DNA of 64,000 bases, from assembly GCF_006345805.1 (NCBI RefSeq), contig NC_042998.1:42408001-42472000 (forward strand). The letters run 5' to 3'. Within the stretch, counting starts at the first letter, position 1. Each line of letters starts with the position of its first letter. Of this stretch, positions 27,141-39,674 are shown in pieces. The stretch is from Octopus sinensis (Eukaryota). The position numbers were made by a program, and so were the translations under genes. Below the pieces are notes generated by a model. That model was given only the letters and a program-made list of their open reading frames with translations, had not been told where the DNA came from and ran no database searches.

Positions 27141-27944
27141 ATGCATACATACATACATACCTACATACATGCATACATACATATATACATACATACATAC
27201 ATACATACATACATACAATCAGAAAGAGAAAGGAGAAAGCTAATTCAAAGACTACAGATCCAATCCATCACTGGAACTGTAAAAATCTGTAAAACTTTCC
27301 AGAAGTTTATTATTTAAATATATATGAGCATGTCTAGATATGCAACTGTATGCTTGAGAATACATACATAAAACAAAACATACAAATCTGCATACATACA
27401 TGCATAAATACATACATACATACATTACATACATACATATATAAATACATACATACATACATACATACATACATACATACATACATACATACATACATAC
27501 ATACATACATACATACATACATACATGCATACATACATGCATACCCTGTTGATGTTGTTGAAATTCCAATGATGGAGCCTTGAATCTAGGTTAGAAACCA
27601 GCTCTTTCTCTATTGGCAAGAAATCTTGAAATAGAACTGAATAATGACATACATACTTACAATATGTTCTTTAACTTAAATAATAAATGGGATATTGAGG
27701 AATAACATCAAACAGCTAAATTGGGTGTACATAGTAGAAAGGTTTTCTTTTATTAAAATCTTGAACACATTTTCTTGACATTAATCTTCTTTGATTTTTC
27801 TGTGAGGTCAATGGGTACATATGTGTGTTTATGTGTGTGTGAGAATGCACGTGAGTATACATACATGCATACATACATACACATATAAATACACACACAC
27901 ATACACAAACACACACAAAACACACACATACAGACTGGCTTACA

Positions 27945-28365
<421 letters not shown>

Positions 28366-28737
28366 TTTTATATATCTTGTAATGTTAAACAATCAAAAAA
28401 CCTGAAGATGTTCAACTCTGTGTTACTGAAGTTAGTTTTATTTCAGAATTTTCAGAGAGAGAAAGATGAAGTAGAGAAAATAGGTGTTTGTGTGTGCATG
28501 TGTCTGTGTGATGCAGAGATTTTGCTAAAATAAGTTCTGTTACAGTCTGTCTCTCTGTCTGCCTGCCTGTTTATATCTTTGCTATTAAATTAGTACCGAA
28601 AGACCTTGAATATTCAGTTTGTCCTCAAGCAGCCTGTGGGGACACCTATTATGATTTACAGGTCAACAAGTGAAATGCCATCCACACTGAAAATCTCTTT
28701 CTCTCTACCCTTCTCTATCAGGATATATGTGAGAGAT

Positions 28738-28776
<39 letters not shown>

Positions 28777-29252
28777 GTGAGAGAGAGATAGAGAGAATGA
28801 ATGAAGGAAAACCTATATATATATTTAAAATACAAGAATTTGTACAAGTTGTTGATATGTAATATAAAAGATTGCATTTCACTTTGAATCATTAAAAACA
28901 TAATTCTCTTTGTTTCAAATCTTCTAAATCTCCAAGAATGAGTGCATTTAACAATTTGCTTTTTTAAAACAAAGAATTTACAAGAATTATAGAATTATTA
29001 TGATATTTGCTTCTATATTTGCTTTAATGTTTTGTAAGGATTTTGCTTTAGAGTTGTACTTGTTTTATAAGTGATTTGATCTGAAATTTTTGTGCTGAAA
29101 GAAATTATTGCCATAAAGAATCATGAATTATGATAACCATTTAAAAAACACTTATACCATTACATTCACTTCTGTGGTATTTTCTAGTTGTATTGTGTTG
29201 CATTGTATTGTGATGTATGCATGTATGTGTGTATGTATGCATGTAGTCTTTC

Positions 29253-29930
29253 ACGGATCTTTTCGGTGTGAATGGCAGTTTTTTTAAATAATTTCCACAC
29301 AACCAAATACTTTTAAACTTCGTATCCTGGTAGAATGTGTTTATAAAACATCTTTTTCTCTTGGCTTTATTGAGAAAATTCTATAGTTTGTAAGATATTT
29401 GTTGTTGTTTTTCTTCAATTTCTGCAATTTTAACCAATCAATGACATCTATTGAAGTGAAGACATTCTGTGCCGTATGAATATGTCCCTCGTTTAAGAAA
29501 CAGATTGGGTTTATTTACATTTCTGAAGAAAGAAAGATATCCTTCCCCCCACCCCTAACCCTAACCCTAACTAACCCTAACCCTAACTAACCCTAACACA
29601 GATTGAAATGCAATAGATCGATACTAGGGTCATAATTATGGGTGACAATTTCATGACACCACTAGAAAAACTACCGTTCAAACTGAAAAGATCCTCTTTC
29701 ACATTTGCAAAATGAGTCCCCCCTGCCTAATTTTGCATGTCATTGATTGGTTGAAATTACCGAAATACAAGAACTTCAACACGAAATAACTTTATAAACA
29801 AACTTTTCTCAAAAACGCTAAGAGTAAAAGGTGTTTTATATGACACATTCTTCTAGTATACAAAGTTTGGAAGTGTTTAGTTAGAAAAAATTATTTTTTA
29901 AAATCTGTAGGTCAAAAGGTAAAGATCCGT
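29253..29930. mobile_element. Non-autonomous DNA element (MITE- or HINE-like) with internal telomere-like repeats
   Basis: Inverted termini acggatcttt / aaagatccgt and an internal (CCCTAA)n at 29553-29596. No clear TSD. Confidence 0.6.
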
Positions 29931-29985
29931 TGATTTTTCACACTTGATTCCCCCACATGTTTTGTTTTAATTTTTCTGTGTTAGC

Positions 29986-30071
29986 ATATTACATATTTTA
30001 CTGTGCTTCTGTGTGTTAGTATTTTTCTGTGCTTTTTCTAACACACAGAAGCACAGTAAAATATGTAATAT
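29986..30071. repeat. Perfect 34-bp inverted repeat with an 18-nt loop
   Basis: atattacatattttactgtgcttctgtgtgttag at 29986-30019 and its reverse complement at 30038-30071. Confidence 0.95.
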
Positions 30072-30280
30072 ACTATGATCTCAGCCATGTCCTTCTAGCT
30101 GCCATGATTATTATTATAAATACAGTGGTCAGCAGAAGGACGAAAGAAGAAAGGCCTAGCAGGCAAATGAGAAAGATCTATGACACGACAGGTTTGGCAG
30201 ACCACAGAGACTGAGAGAAATGTTCGAAGTTCATGGTAGACTACTGTCTCAGATGAACTACACATACACACACACACACA

Positions 30281-30516
30281 CAAACATATTCATTTCTGAC
30301 AAATCACTTCCACAGATATACCATGTTTCTATTTCTAGCAGCTTGTAGCAGTTGTCAACATTTTGCATGTAGTGAAGAATTATGTGTGCCAATGACAAAT
30401 TAAGTCCAGTGAATAAATTATTTTAACTATGAATCGATCCACTCATTTGTTTACTTCAAAGGCATACACATTCCTTTTGCATCTGGTCACCATGATACAC
30501 ATTTAACCACTACATA

Positions 30517-30550
<34 letters not shown>

Positions 30551-31597
30551 GTATAAAAAAATATATATAAAAATACAAAATGGGACAAGAACGCAAAACA
30601 TTCAAATAGACGATACAAAAAATGGATGGGTCATTCGAAGCCTCTAATCTTCAGTCAAGAACCAGATCATCCTCGCAATTTCGGCTGATTAATCTTGAGA
30701 TTGCTCCGATCTGGCCAGCCCCAAGGAAAAACTAAGCTACGAGCATTAGATTTCTTAGAAAACGGATCGAATGTATACGAAACAAGGACAGAAAAACGGA
30801 CGATGTTACACGAATATAAATACAAAAAACAAAAAGTAATACGAATATAAATACAAAAAGCAATAATAATAACAGGCGTCTTTCGACTTTAGGCAGTTCA
30901 ACTTAGCTGGCGTATTTGAAAAATAATGCCTTACGGCAGACGAAAAGATCGATGTTGTTGTGTCGCTGGTCTGAAACCGAAAGGCTATAGTTGACCGGCG
31001 GTCACATGAGAAGAGAAGAGAAAGAAAAAAGAGGCAAAGGAATTAAGAGAGGGAGAAGAGAGAGAAAAAGAGGGACAAAGGTATTAAGGAGGGGGAGAAG
31101 AGAGTATAACAAGTTTAACTTTTTAACACAAGTAGAAAATAATTTTATTCTATGTGTTCATATGTATGAAAAATATAAACATAATGACACGTTTTCACTG
31201 AATAAGTGATTTTGTATCATAGTTCAACTGAAATTATATTGGCATATGTATTCTTAAGGTGAGTTTGGCATATGTAATTCATAATAACATAAATAACAAA
31301 AGTGAGAAGGATGGAAAAGAACAATGAAAAATAAGATGTCACATGTTACTTTGAGTCTTTTTTATAGAAAAACGTTTCAGTATATACATTTCTGAATTTT
31401 GTGGCTAAAAGGGTTTTTCTTTTTTTTTTGTAGTAAAGGGAAAAAAAAGTCATGAACGATTTTAGTCAAACAAATTGATCCCTTATTTTTTTTTCTAAAG
31501 CCTAGTACTTGTATCAGCCACTTTTGTTGAACTGCTAAATCACAGGGATTTTAGGACACCGACACCATTTGTCAAATGGTGATGGGGGACAAACACA

Positions 31598-31641
<44 letters not shown>

Positions 31642-32938
31642 TATTCATTTCTGACAAATCACTTCCACAGATATACCATGTTTCTATTTCTAGCAGCTTG
31701 TAGCAGTTGTCAACATTTTGCATGTAGTGAAGAATTATGTGTGCCAATGACAAATTAAGTCCAGTGAATAAATTATTTTAACTATGAATCGATCCACTCA
31801 TTTGTTTACTTCAAAGGCATACACATTCCTTTTGCATCTGGTCACCATGATACACATTTAACCACTACATATGCATATATATATATTTATGTATAAAAAA
31901 ATATATATAAAAATACAAAATGGGACAAGAACGCAAAACATTCAAATAGACGATACAAAAAATGGATGGGTCATTCGAAGCCTCTAATCTTCAGTCAAGA
32001 ACCAGATCATCCTCGCAATTTCGGCTGATTAATCTTGAGATTGCTCCGATCTGGCCAGCCCCAAGGAAAAACTAAGCTACGAGCATTAGATTTCTTAGAA
32101 AACGGATCGAATGTATACGAAACAAGGACAGAAAAACGGACGATGTTACACGAATATAAATACAAAAAACAAAAAGTAATACGAATATAAATACAAAAAG
32201 CAATAATAATAACAGGCGTCTTTCGACTTTAGGCAGTTCAACTTAGCTGGCGTATTTGAAAAATAATGCCTTACGGCAGACGAAAAGATCGATGTTGTTG
32301 TGTCGCTGGTCTGAAACCGAAAGGCTATAGTTGACCGGCGGTCACATGAGAAGAGAAGAGAAAGAAAAAAGAGGCAAAGGAATTAAAGAGAGGGAGAAGA
32401 GAGAGAAAAAGAGGGACAAAGGTATTAAGGAGGGGGAGAAGAGAGTATAACAAGTTTAACTTTTTAACACAAGTAGAAAATAATTTTATTCTATGTGTTC
32501 ATATGTATGAAAAATATAAACATAATGACACGTTTTCACTGAATAAGTGATTTTGTATCATAGTTCAACTGAAATTATATTGGCATATGTATTCTTAAGG
32601 TGAGTTTGGCATATGTAATTCATAATAACATAAATAACAAAAGTGAGAAGGATGGAAAAGAACAATGAAAAATAAGATGTCACATGTTACTTTGAGTCTT
32701 TTTTATAGAAAAACGTTTCAGTATATACATTTCTGAATTTTGTGGCTAAAAGGGTTTTTCTTTTTTTTTTGTAGTAAAGGGAAAAAAAAGTCATGAACGA
32801 TTTTAGTCAAACAAATTGATCCCTTATTTTTTTTTCTAAAGCCTAGTACTTGTATCAGCCACTTTTGTTGAACTGCTAAATCACAGGGATTTTAGGACAC
32901 CGACACCATTTGTCAAATGGTGATGGGGGACAAACACA

Positions 32939-32976
<38 letters not shown>
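30281..32976. repeat. Near-identical tandem duplication (units about 30281-31635 and 31636-32976)
   Basis: The units match by eye except for (TA)n length and one A indel. All three boundaries are (CA)n tracts. Confidence 0.95.
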
Positions 32977-32982
<6 letters not shown>

Positions 32983-33118
32983 TTCTTTCAGTTTCTGTTT
33001 ACCAAATCTACTCAATACATTTTGGTCAGCCTTAGGTTATAGTAAAAGACACTTGCCAAAGATGTTACACAGTGGGACTGAACTTGGAACCATGTAGTTG
33101 GGAAGCAAACTTCTTCAT
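32800..33118 (-). mobile_element. SINE family 1; its 3' half is duplicated at about 31460-31600
   Basis: Its internal (CA)n is the right breakpoint of the tandem duplication. Confidence 0.8.
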
Positions 33119-33892
33119 ACATCTTTGATCGAGTAACCGACAATATTCCACTGCATTGTGATTATACTACTTTGGTTTTCCCTTCTATGTACTTTTCATT
33201 TTGCTTAGCATTTAAAGCATTTTTAATATCATTTTATATATCATTTGTATTACTTTAATAGAATGACTATTTACTTCCCTGTGTAGTCTACTATGACTCA
33301 AGTTCTTACAATACACTAAATCCTTTCATAGATATTTACAGTATCCAACCTCAAATATACCGTGATAAAATTTTCTTATGTCAAACCTTCAATACAGAGA
33401 AAATATCAGTTAAGGCAACTTTTAGAATCATGCACTAAACATTACTAGGAAGGATTTTAAAAACAATACAAACACACGAATAAAAGAAATACTATGTTAA
33501 TATATCAGTTTCACACTAGAATGGAGAACGTTATAGGATTGTTTTTATATTTTGGACTGTTTGTCCTTCATCAAAGACAAAAAAACGGAAGGAAGGAGAA
33601 GAGGAAAAAGTTCTGAAAGCTTATTTAAGAATGTAACTTCTTTTATTCTAACATAAAACTAAATATTATCATTGCATTTCTATAATCCATTTGAATTACA
33701 ATGGATCTATTCATTTATTATTTATTTTTCTTTCTTATTTCTGTTTTTACATCCTTTGTTACATCCTTGTTACTGTACTTTCCCCTTTTGATTGATGTAA
33801 AGCCCCCCACCTTTTTTATGTAATTATTTGTCTTTTGATGTAGTCCACAACGTCTTAGGCTTTTGTGACCAATAAAGGAAACCATTATCACT

Positions 33893-33929
<37 letters not shown>

Positions 33930-34050
33930 CCATCATATAATCATTCAACATTTGGTAGTTTGAGGCAAATTTCTACTGCATCACCTGCTACACCTCTGTG
34001 TTGCTGAGGTGTGTGCAGCATTGTGCATTCTTTTATTATTACTATTATTA

Positions 34051-34480
34051 TTGAATGAGAGAGCAGTGCATGCCATCAAAGTGACACTGGGGTAAAATAT
34101 ATGAAGCCCAGTATATCCATCATGACTACCCATATGATAAGGGTACACCAGGCACATGCATCACAACCATATATGCATGAGATGGTGATCTTATATCAAG
34201 ATAAACAGTACATGACCTTGCAGGTGGGGCCCAGTTAGAATTTTCTTCTGGTCGAGTAACCCATCCCGCTCAAAAGGTCCCTGAATAAGGATTGTTTAAG
34301 GATGTTGAACGAACCACCGAGGTTTCCAAAGGTGAATTATCCAAACCTCTAAGAATTCCTTTCAACACACAGCTATGATGCTCCCCCACTACTTCTACTC
34401 ATGATCAGAGATGCACATATCATCAGCCACTAAGGGACATGCTCAACTGCTCAAATCAGAAGCCACGAGAGCCACTGCCT
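34051..34480 (-). mobile_element. Non-coding (TAA)n-tailed element, copy 1
   Basis: Aligns by eye with 38621-39080 (ttga.tgagagagcagtgcatgccatcaaagtgaca...). ATT tracts lie on both sides. Confidence 0.8.
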
Positions 34481-34487
34481 GATATTA

Positions 34488-34536
<49 letters not shown>

Positions 34537-34630
34537 TAGTTTTATTTTTATAGCGTGCTTTCACTTCACTACCGAGCGCAGCTCTGTGTGCCTTGGGTAT
34601 GTGCTGTGATTTGTTGTGATGCTCTGATCG

Positions 34631-37600
34631 TTATTGTATGGAAAGTGTTCTGCGTAGGATGTGTGCAGTGCCTAGTAGTGCAATTTTCTGTATGTTATAT
34701 GTGTTTGTAAGTCCTGGTGTTTTTGTTATGTATTTGTCTGAATATTTTTTTATCATGCCTAATGCACCTACTATGATAGGAATTGTTTCTGTTTTCAGAT
34801 TCCACATTCTAGTTACCTCTATTTCCAGGTCTTTGTATTTTGAGAGTTTCTCCATTTCTTTTAGAGACACGTTGTCATCAGCCGGTATTGATACATCAAT
34901 TAGAAAGCATTTTTTTCCTTCATGGTCTCTGACAACTATATCTGGTCTGTTGGCCTTAATTTCTCTATCTGTGTGTATCGGCATATCCCAGAGTATGGTT
35001 GCTTTCTCGTTTTCTGTGACCTTTTCTGGTGTGTGCCTATACCATCTTTTTTCTGTTGTTATTCCATAATGTTGGCATAGCTTCCAATGTATGTAGGTTC
35101 CAACTCTGTCATGTCTGTGAATATATTCCTTCTTAGCCAGGACTGGGCAGCTAGAGATAATATGATTTATTGTTTCTTGTCCATCTCCACATATTCTGCA
35201 GTTACTTGTAATATTTCTTTTCATTACATGTTTTTGGTAATTTCTGGTGGGGAGGCTTTGGTCTTGTGCTGCAATTAAAAATCCCTCTGTTCTCTGCTTT
35301 GAGTCCTGAGCTTCTCAACCATTGCTGGGATTTTTCTTTGTCTATTTCTTTTGCGTTTAGTTTAGTCCAGTATTTACCATGAAGGGGCTTTTCTTGCCAT
35401 CGTTTTATCATGGTTCGTTGCTGTTCTATTTTTAGTTTGGATTTCATTTGTTTTATAGCTTTTGTTGTTTCTTCATCTTCTTCTTCTTCTTCATGTTTAT
35501 TAGGTGGTATGATTTCTTGTTTGTATTTGTCAGCTTCCTTAAATACTGAGAACAGTTTTTTGTTTTGCTTGTGTTTTGCCGCTATCTGGATCAGTTTTCC
35601 TTCCTTCTGAAGTAGATATTTTTGCAGTCCTATGGTGGTTATTTTATAGTAGTTTTCCAACTGTATAAGGCCTCTACCACCTTCTATACGTTGTATATAT
35701 AGTCTTTCTATGTCAGATTTTGGGTGATGCATCCTAGATCCTGTCATTATTTTTCTTGTTTTCCTATCTATTTTGGTCAGTTCATTTCGTGTCCAGTTAA
35801 GGATATTGTAGCTGTAACTCATAACTGGGACAGCTAAAGTGTTGATACCTATTATCTTGTTTTTAGCATTGAGCTCTGTGTTTAGTATTGATCTAACTCG
35901 TCTATAATATTCTTTTTTTATTTTCTCTTTCATTTGTGTGTGTGTTGTGTCTTATCTAGTTCATGGATTCCTAAGTATTTGTAAGTTTGGCTTTGGTCTA
36001 ATTCTTTTATTTCATTGGTTTTATCTAGTGTGATGTTGTTACTCTTAACTAGTTTTCCTCTTTTCATGGTTACTTTGGCGCATTTTTCTAATCCAAATTT
36101 CATATCTATTTCTTTGGTAAATCCATGAACTGTCTTTAATAGTGTTTCCAGCTGTTTGTCATTTGCAGCGTATAGTTTTAGGTCATCCATATATAAAAGG
36201 TGGCTGATCGTTTTGCCGTAACATTTATATCCGCATCCAGTTCTATTTAGCATATCAGATAGAGGTGACAGTGCCAAGCAGAAAAGGAGTGGAGAGAGCG
36301 TGTCTCCCTGGAATATTCCTCTTCTAATGGGGATGGCTTTGGTTTTCATGAGTCCCTCTTTTGTTTGGAGGTGTAGGACTGTTTGCCATTTATTCATAGA
36401 GTGCTCTATGAATTTTATGATTGTTGGTGCTACTTTGTTAATGGCTAGTGTTTCGAGGATCCATGTGCAGGGGATGCTATCAAACGCCTTTTTGTAGTCA
36501 ATCCAGGCCATACTGAGGCCTTTCTTCTTTCTGTGGCTGTCTTCAGTTATGGCTTTATTAATCATTAGTTGATCTTTACAGCCATATGAGCCTTTGTGGC
36601 ATCCTTTCTGCTCTTCTGGGAACAGTTTGTTTTCGTCCAGGTGCTTGTTCAGCCTTTGCGATATCACTGCAGTAAATGCCTTGAACATAGTAGGGAGGCA
36701 GGTTATTGGTCTGTAGTTTTCTGGTTTTTCTGTTTCATTTGATTTGGGAATTAAGATGGTTTTCCCCTTCGTGAGCCATTCAGGCATTGTCTCTGGCTCT
36801 GCTAGTACGTTGTTAAAGTTTTCAGCCAGCTTTTTGTGCATTCCTGTTAGATATTTCAACCAGAAGTTGGGGATCTTGTCATGCCCAGGTGCCTTCCAGT
36901 TGCTTAGTCTTTGCAGTGCCTGGGTGACCTCTTCAGTTGTTATGGAGGTCCAAAGTTGTTCAGATGCCGAGTTTGTTATTTTGATACTCCTTTTTTTTGG
37001 TGGTTCGTTCGCCGACCATATTTCTCTCCAGAATTCTTCCAATTCTTCTGCCATTGGTGCTGCAGTGACTTCTATTTTATTTTTGCCCAGTTCTTAGTAG
37101 AACTTTTTGGGGTTGGAGTTGAACTTTTATTTTTCTTCAAAGAAGCGTTGGCGTTTCTCGTACCGGCGGATCCTTTGTGCTTTGGCAAGGATATCTTGCT
37201 TCAGCTTTTCTTTCATTTCAGGCAAATCTTTCTCTGTGATGTTATATTTGCGGAGTATTTTTGTTCTCTTTTTGTTGCTCAGTAGCATTGATTGTTTGCT
37301 GATTTCATTAAGAATCGACAGGTCTTTTCTAATTTTTTTTATTTTGCTTTGGATGTTATTTATCCACAGGGTTTGTTTGGGTGGTGGTACTCCTGTTTGG
37401 GCGGGTTTGGGTGAGTATCCAGCTTCTTTTGTGGCTGCAGTGGCTGCTGCGTATATTAGGTTATTTAGCTCAGTGATATCACTTTTTTTTGATTCAGTGG
37501 CTATCAGTTCAGTGACGGCTAGGTTTATGCTGTTTATAATAGGTGTTGTTATTTCGTTTATTTTGATTCTTGGGAGGTATGGTCGGTGGTCCATTTTGAG

Positions 37601-38278
37601 CTCTGTGGTTTTCAGTTCTTTGATTATTTTATTTTTTATATTATCATAATCATTAGGCTCCCCTTCGTTGTTTACATCGTGTTTGTTGGGAATGTTGCGT
37701 TTGTCTTCGTGTTTTACAGTTTCAGTGTTTATATTATTGGGCATTGTTGTGTGGCTTCTATCTACATTTTCCTGGTGTATGTTTTCTTTTAGGTGTTCTA
37801 TTTCTATTTCTGATATTTTTTTTGTGTTGAGAATGTATCTTCGTACGTTATCTAATTTATTAGGGTTCATTGCTGTATCCAAGTCTATATCTCTATTATT
37901 TTCCTTCCATATTTTATATGTATGTGTTGTTGTATTTTCATTTTTTGGGTAGAGTATTGCTGTGAAGTATGCGTGTAAGATAGAAATGTATTCCTCACGT
38001 GTCCATTTACGTCTTTTGGGTTTTATTTGCGGGACATGAGGTACAACGTCCGGCCCATTATTTTGACGGTCGTCATTTTCGTAGGGTACCGGTCCGTTTA
38101 TTTCTGTTGTCACATTATTTCGCACGTGTAGTTTTTCGTACATTTTTTGTTGTAAGTTTAATGTACGTACCGCTCGATTGTTATTCTTGGGTTGAATAGT
38201 ATCGGTGGCATTTAATTTCTTCGTAGTTCCTTTGTACATGGTGTTTGGGGTCGGGGATGATCGTGATGTTTCACGCAT
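34631..38278 (-). pseudogene. Disrupted single ORF (about 1200 aa) of the R4/Dong element
   Basis: Four track ORFs join into one: two in-frame TAA stops between 37126 and 37055 (FFEEK*KFNSNPKKFY*ELGK), a frameshift in a (CA) run near 35935, and a frameshift near 35290 (LKAE/TEGFLIAAQDQ). Confidence 0.9.
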
Positions 38279-38471
38279 GTTTACATGTGTTGCGTTAGAG
38301 GTGGAGATGATATCGAGTCAAAATACATCATTTCGTTTCGAAAATAGTAATAAATTTCAATTAGTATTACTTACTCGGATACAGTCCAATTCTTTGTTAG
38401 TAAAACTTTGGCTCCATAGGATGTCCTTGTTTTCGATGTTTGTGGATAGATTTTGGAGCTCTGAATTTTCT

Positions 38472-38581
38472 TTCTTACATCTTAAACGTCCCTCCTTCTT
38501 ACATCTTAAACGTCCTCCTTCTTACATCTTAAACGTCCCTCCTTCTTACATCTTAAACGTCCTCCTTCTTACATCTTAAAC

Positions 38582-38582
<1 letters not shown>
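38472..38582. repeat. Tandem array at the 5' end of the R4/Dong element (24/23/24/23/17 bp)
   Basis: The unit ttcttacatcttaaacgtcc(c)tcc is repeated with no spacers. Confidence 0.95.
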
Positions 38583-38619
<37 letters not shown>

Positions 38620-38620
38620 C

Positions 38621-39080
38621 ATTGAGTGAGAGAGCAGTGCATGCCATCAAAGTGACATTAGGGTTACAAATATACGAAGCCCAATATACCCATCTGATAA
38701 GGGTACACCAGGCACATGCATCACCGCCATATGTGCACAACATGGTGATCTCATCAAGATAAACAGCACATAACCTTGCAGTTGGGGTCCAGTTAGAATT
38801 TTTTTCGGGTTGAGTAGCCCATTTTGTTCAAAAGGTCCATGAGTAAAGGTTGTTTAAGGATGTTGAACAAAACACCCATCTTTCCAGAAGTCAATTATTC
38901 AAACCTCAAAAAATTCCTTTCAGCACATGGCCATGAAGCTCCTCCACTACTTCTGCACAAATTGTCAGAGATGCACATAGTGTCAGCTCAAGTGGTTAAG
39001 ATCAAACACTGACAAACAAATCTGTGGTTTTGAGATAAATATTTGCTGTAGTCCGTCTTTTATACCAAGACAAAACATGT
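38621..39080 (-). mobile_element. Non-coding (TAA)n-tailed element, copy 2
   Basis: Same family as 34051-34480; bounded by (TTA)n at 38583-38619 and a degenerate ATT tract at about 39082-39120. Confidence 0.8.
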
Positions 39081-39384
39081 CTTTATTATTATTGTTATTA
39101 TCATAATTATTATTATTGTTGTTAGTTATGTAGAAAAGGTGTTGGGAGAAACTCCATATGATGTACCCATTGTAAGCTATGGAAATATTTAGAAGTATAA
39201 ATCTCAGAAGGTGGCAGTCCATGTCTGCTACAGTCATATCAGCAATTGATATCACCAATATGAGAAAGATTGGCTCTCCTAGAATGACTTTGGGTGTATT
39301 TGTAGTCATTAATTTAAAAGTTTTTCAATGTTTTCTCATCTGAACTTGACTTTTCCTAATCTTTGAAGAATACTCTTACTCTCT

Positions 39385-39642
39385 TTTACTCTTTTAATTG
39401 TTTCAGTCATTTGACTGCGGCCATGCTGGAGCACTGCCTTTTAGTTGAGCAAATTGAACCTAGAACTTATTCTTTGGAAGCCTAGTACTTATTCTATCGG
39501 TCTCTTTTGCTGAACCGCTAAGTTATGGGGACGTAAACACACCACCATTGGTTGTCAAGCAATGTTGGGGGGGGGGGGCAAACACCGACACACAAACATA
39601 TACACACACATACATACATGCATGCATGCATGCATGCATGCA

Positions 39643-39674
<32 letters not shown>

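Larger units (their letters stand above)
34534..38582 (-). mobile_element. Full-length R4/Dong-clade non-LTR retrotransposon (RT + restriction-like endonuclease) in (TAA)n
   Basis: N-terminal RRKWTREE motif; RT motifs KAPGHD, NYRPITCL, DYKKAFDS, GIFQGDTLSPLLF, YMDD; CCHC knuckle CRIC..ETINHIISSC; RLE motifs RHD, RPD..IDV, K..KY. Flanked by (ATT)15 at 34489-34533 and (TTA)~12 at 38583-38619. Confidence 0.95.

Noticed and set aside
29553-29596. True telomere or chromosome fusion site
   Set aside because: Only 44 bp in one orientation, inside an element with inverted termini.
34638-37952. Plus-strand ORFs overlapping the LINE
   Set aside because: Antisense shadows of the R4/Dong ORF.
38472-38582. 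CRISPR-like short repeats
   Set aside because: There are no unique spacers and no cas genes, and the context is eukaryotic.
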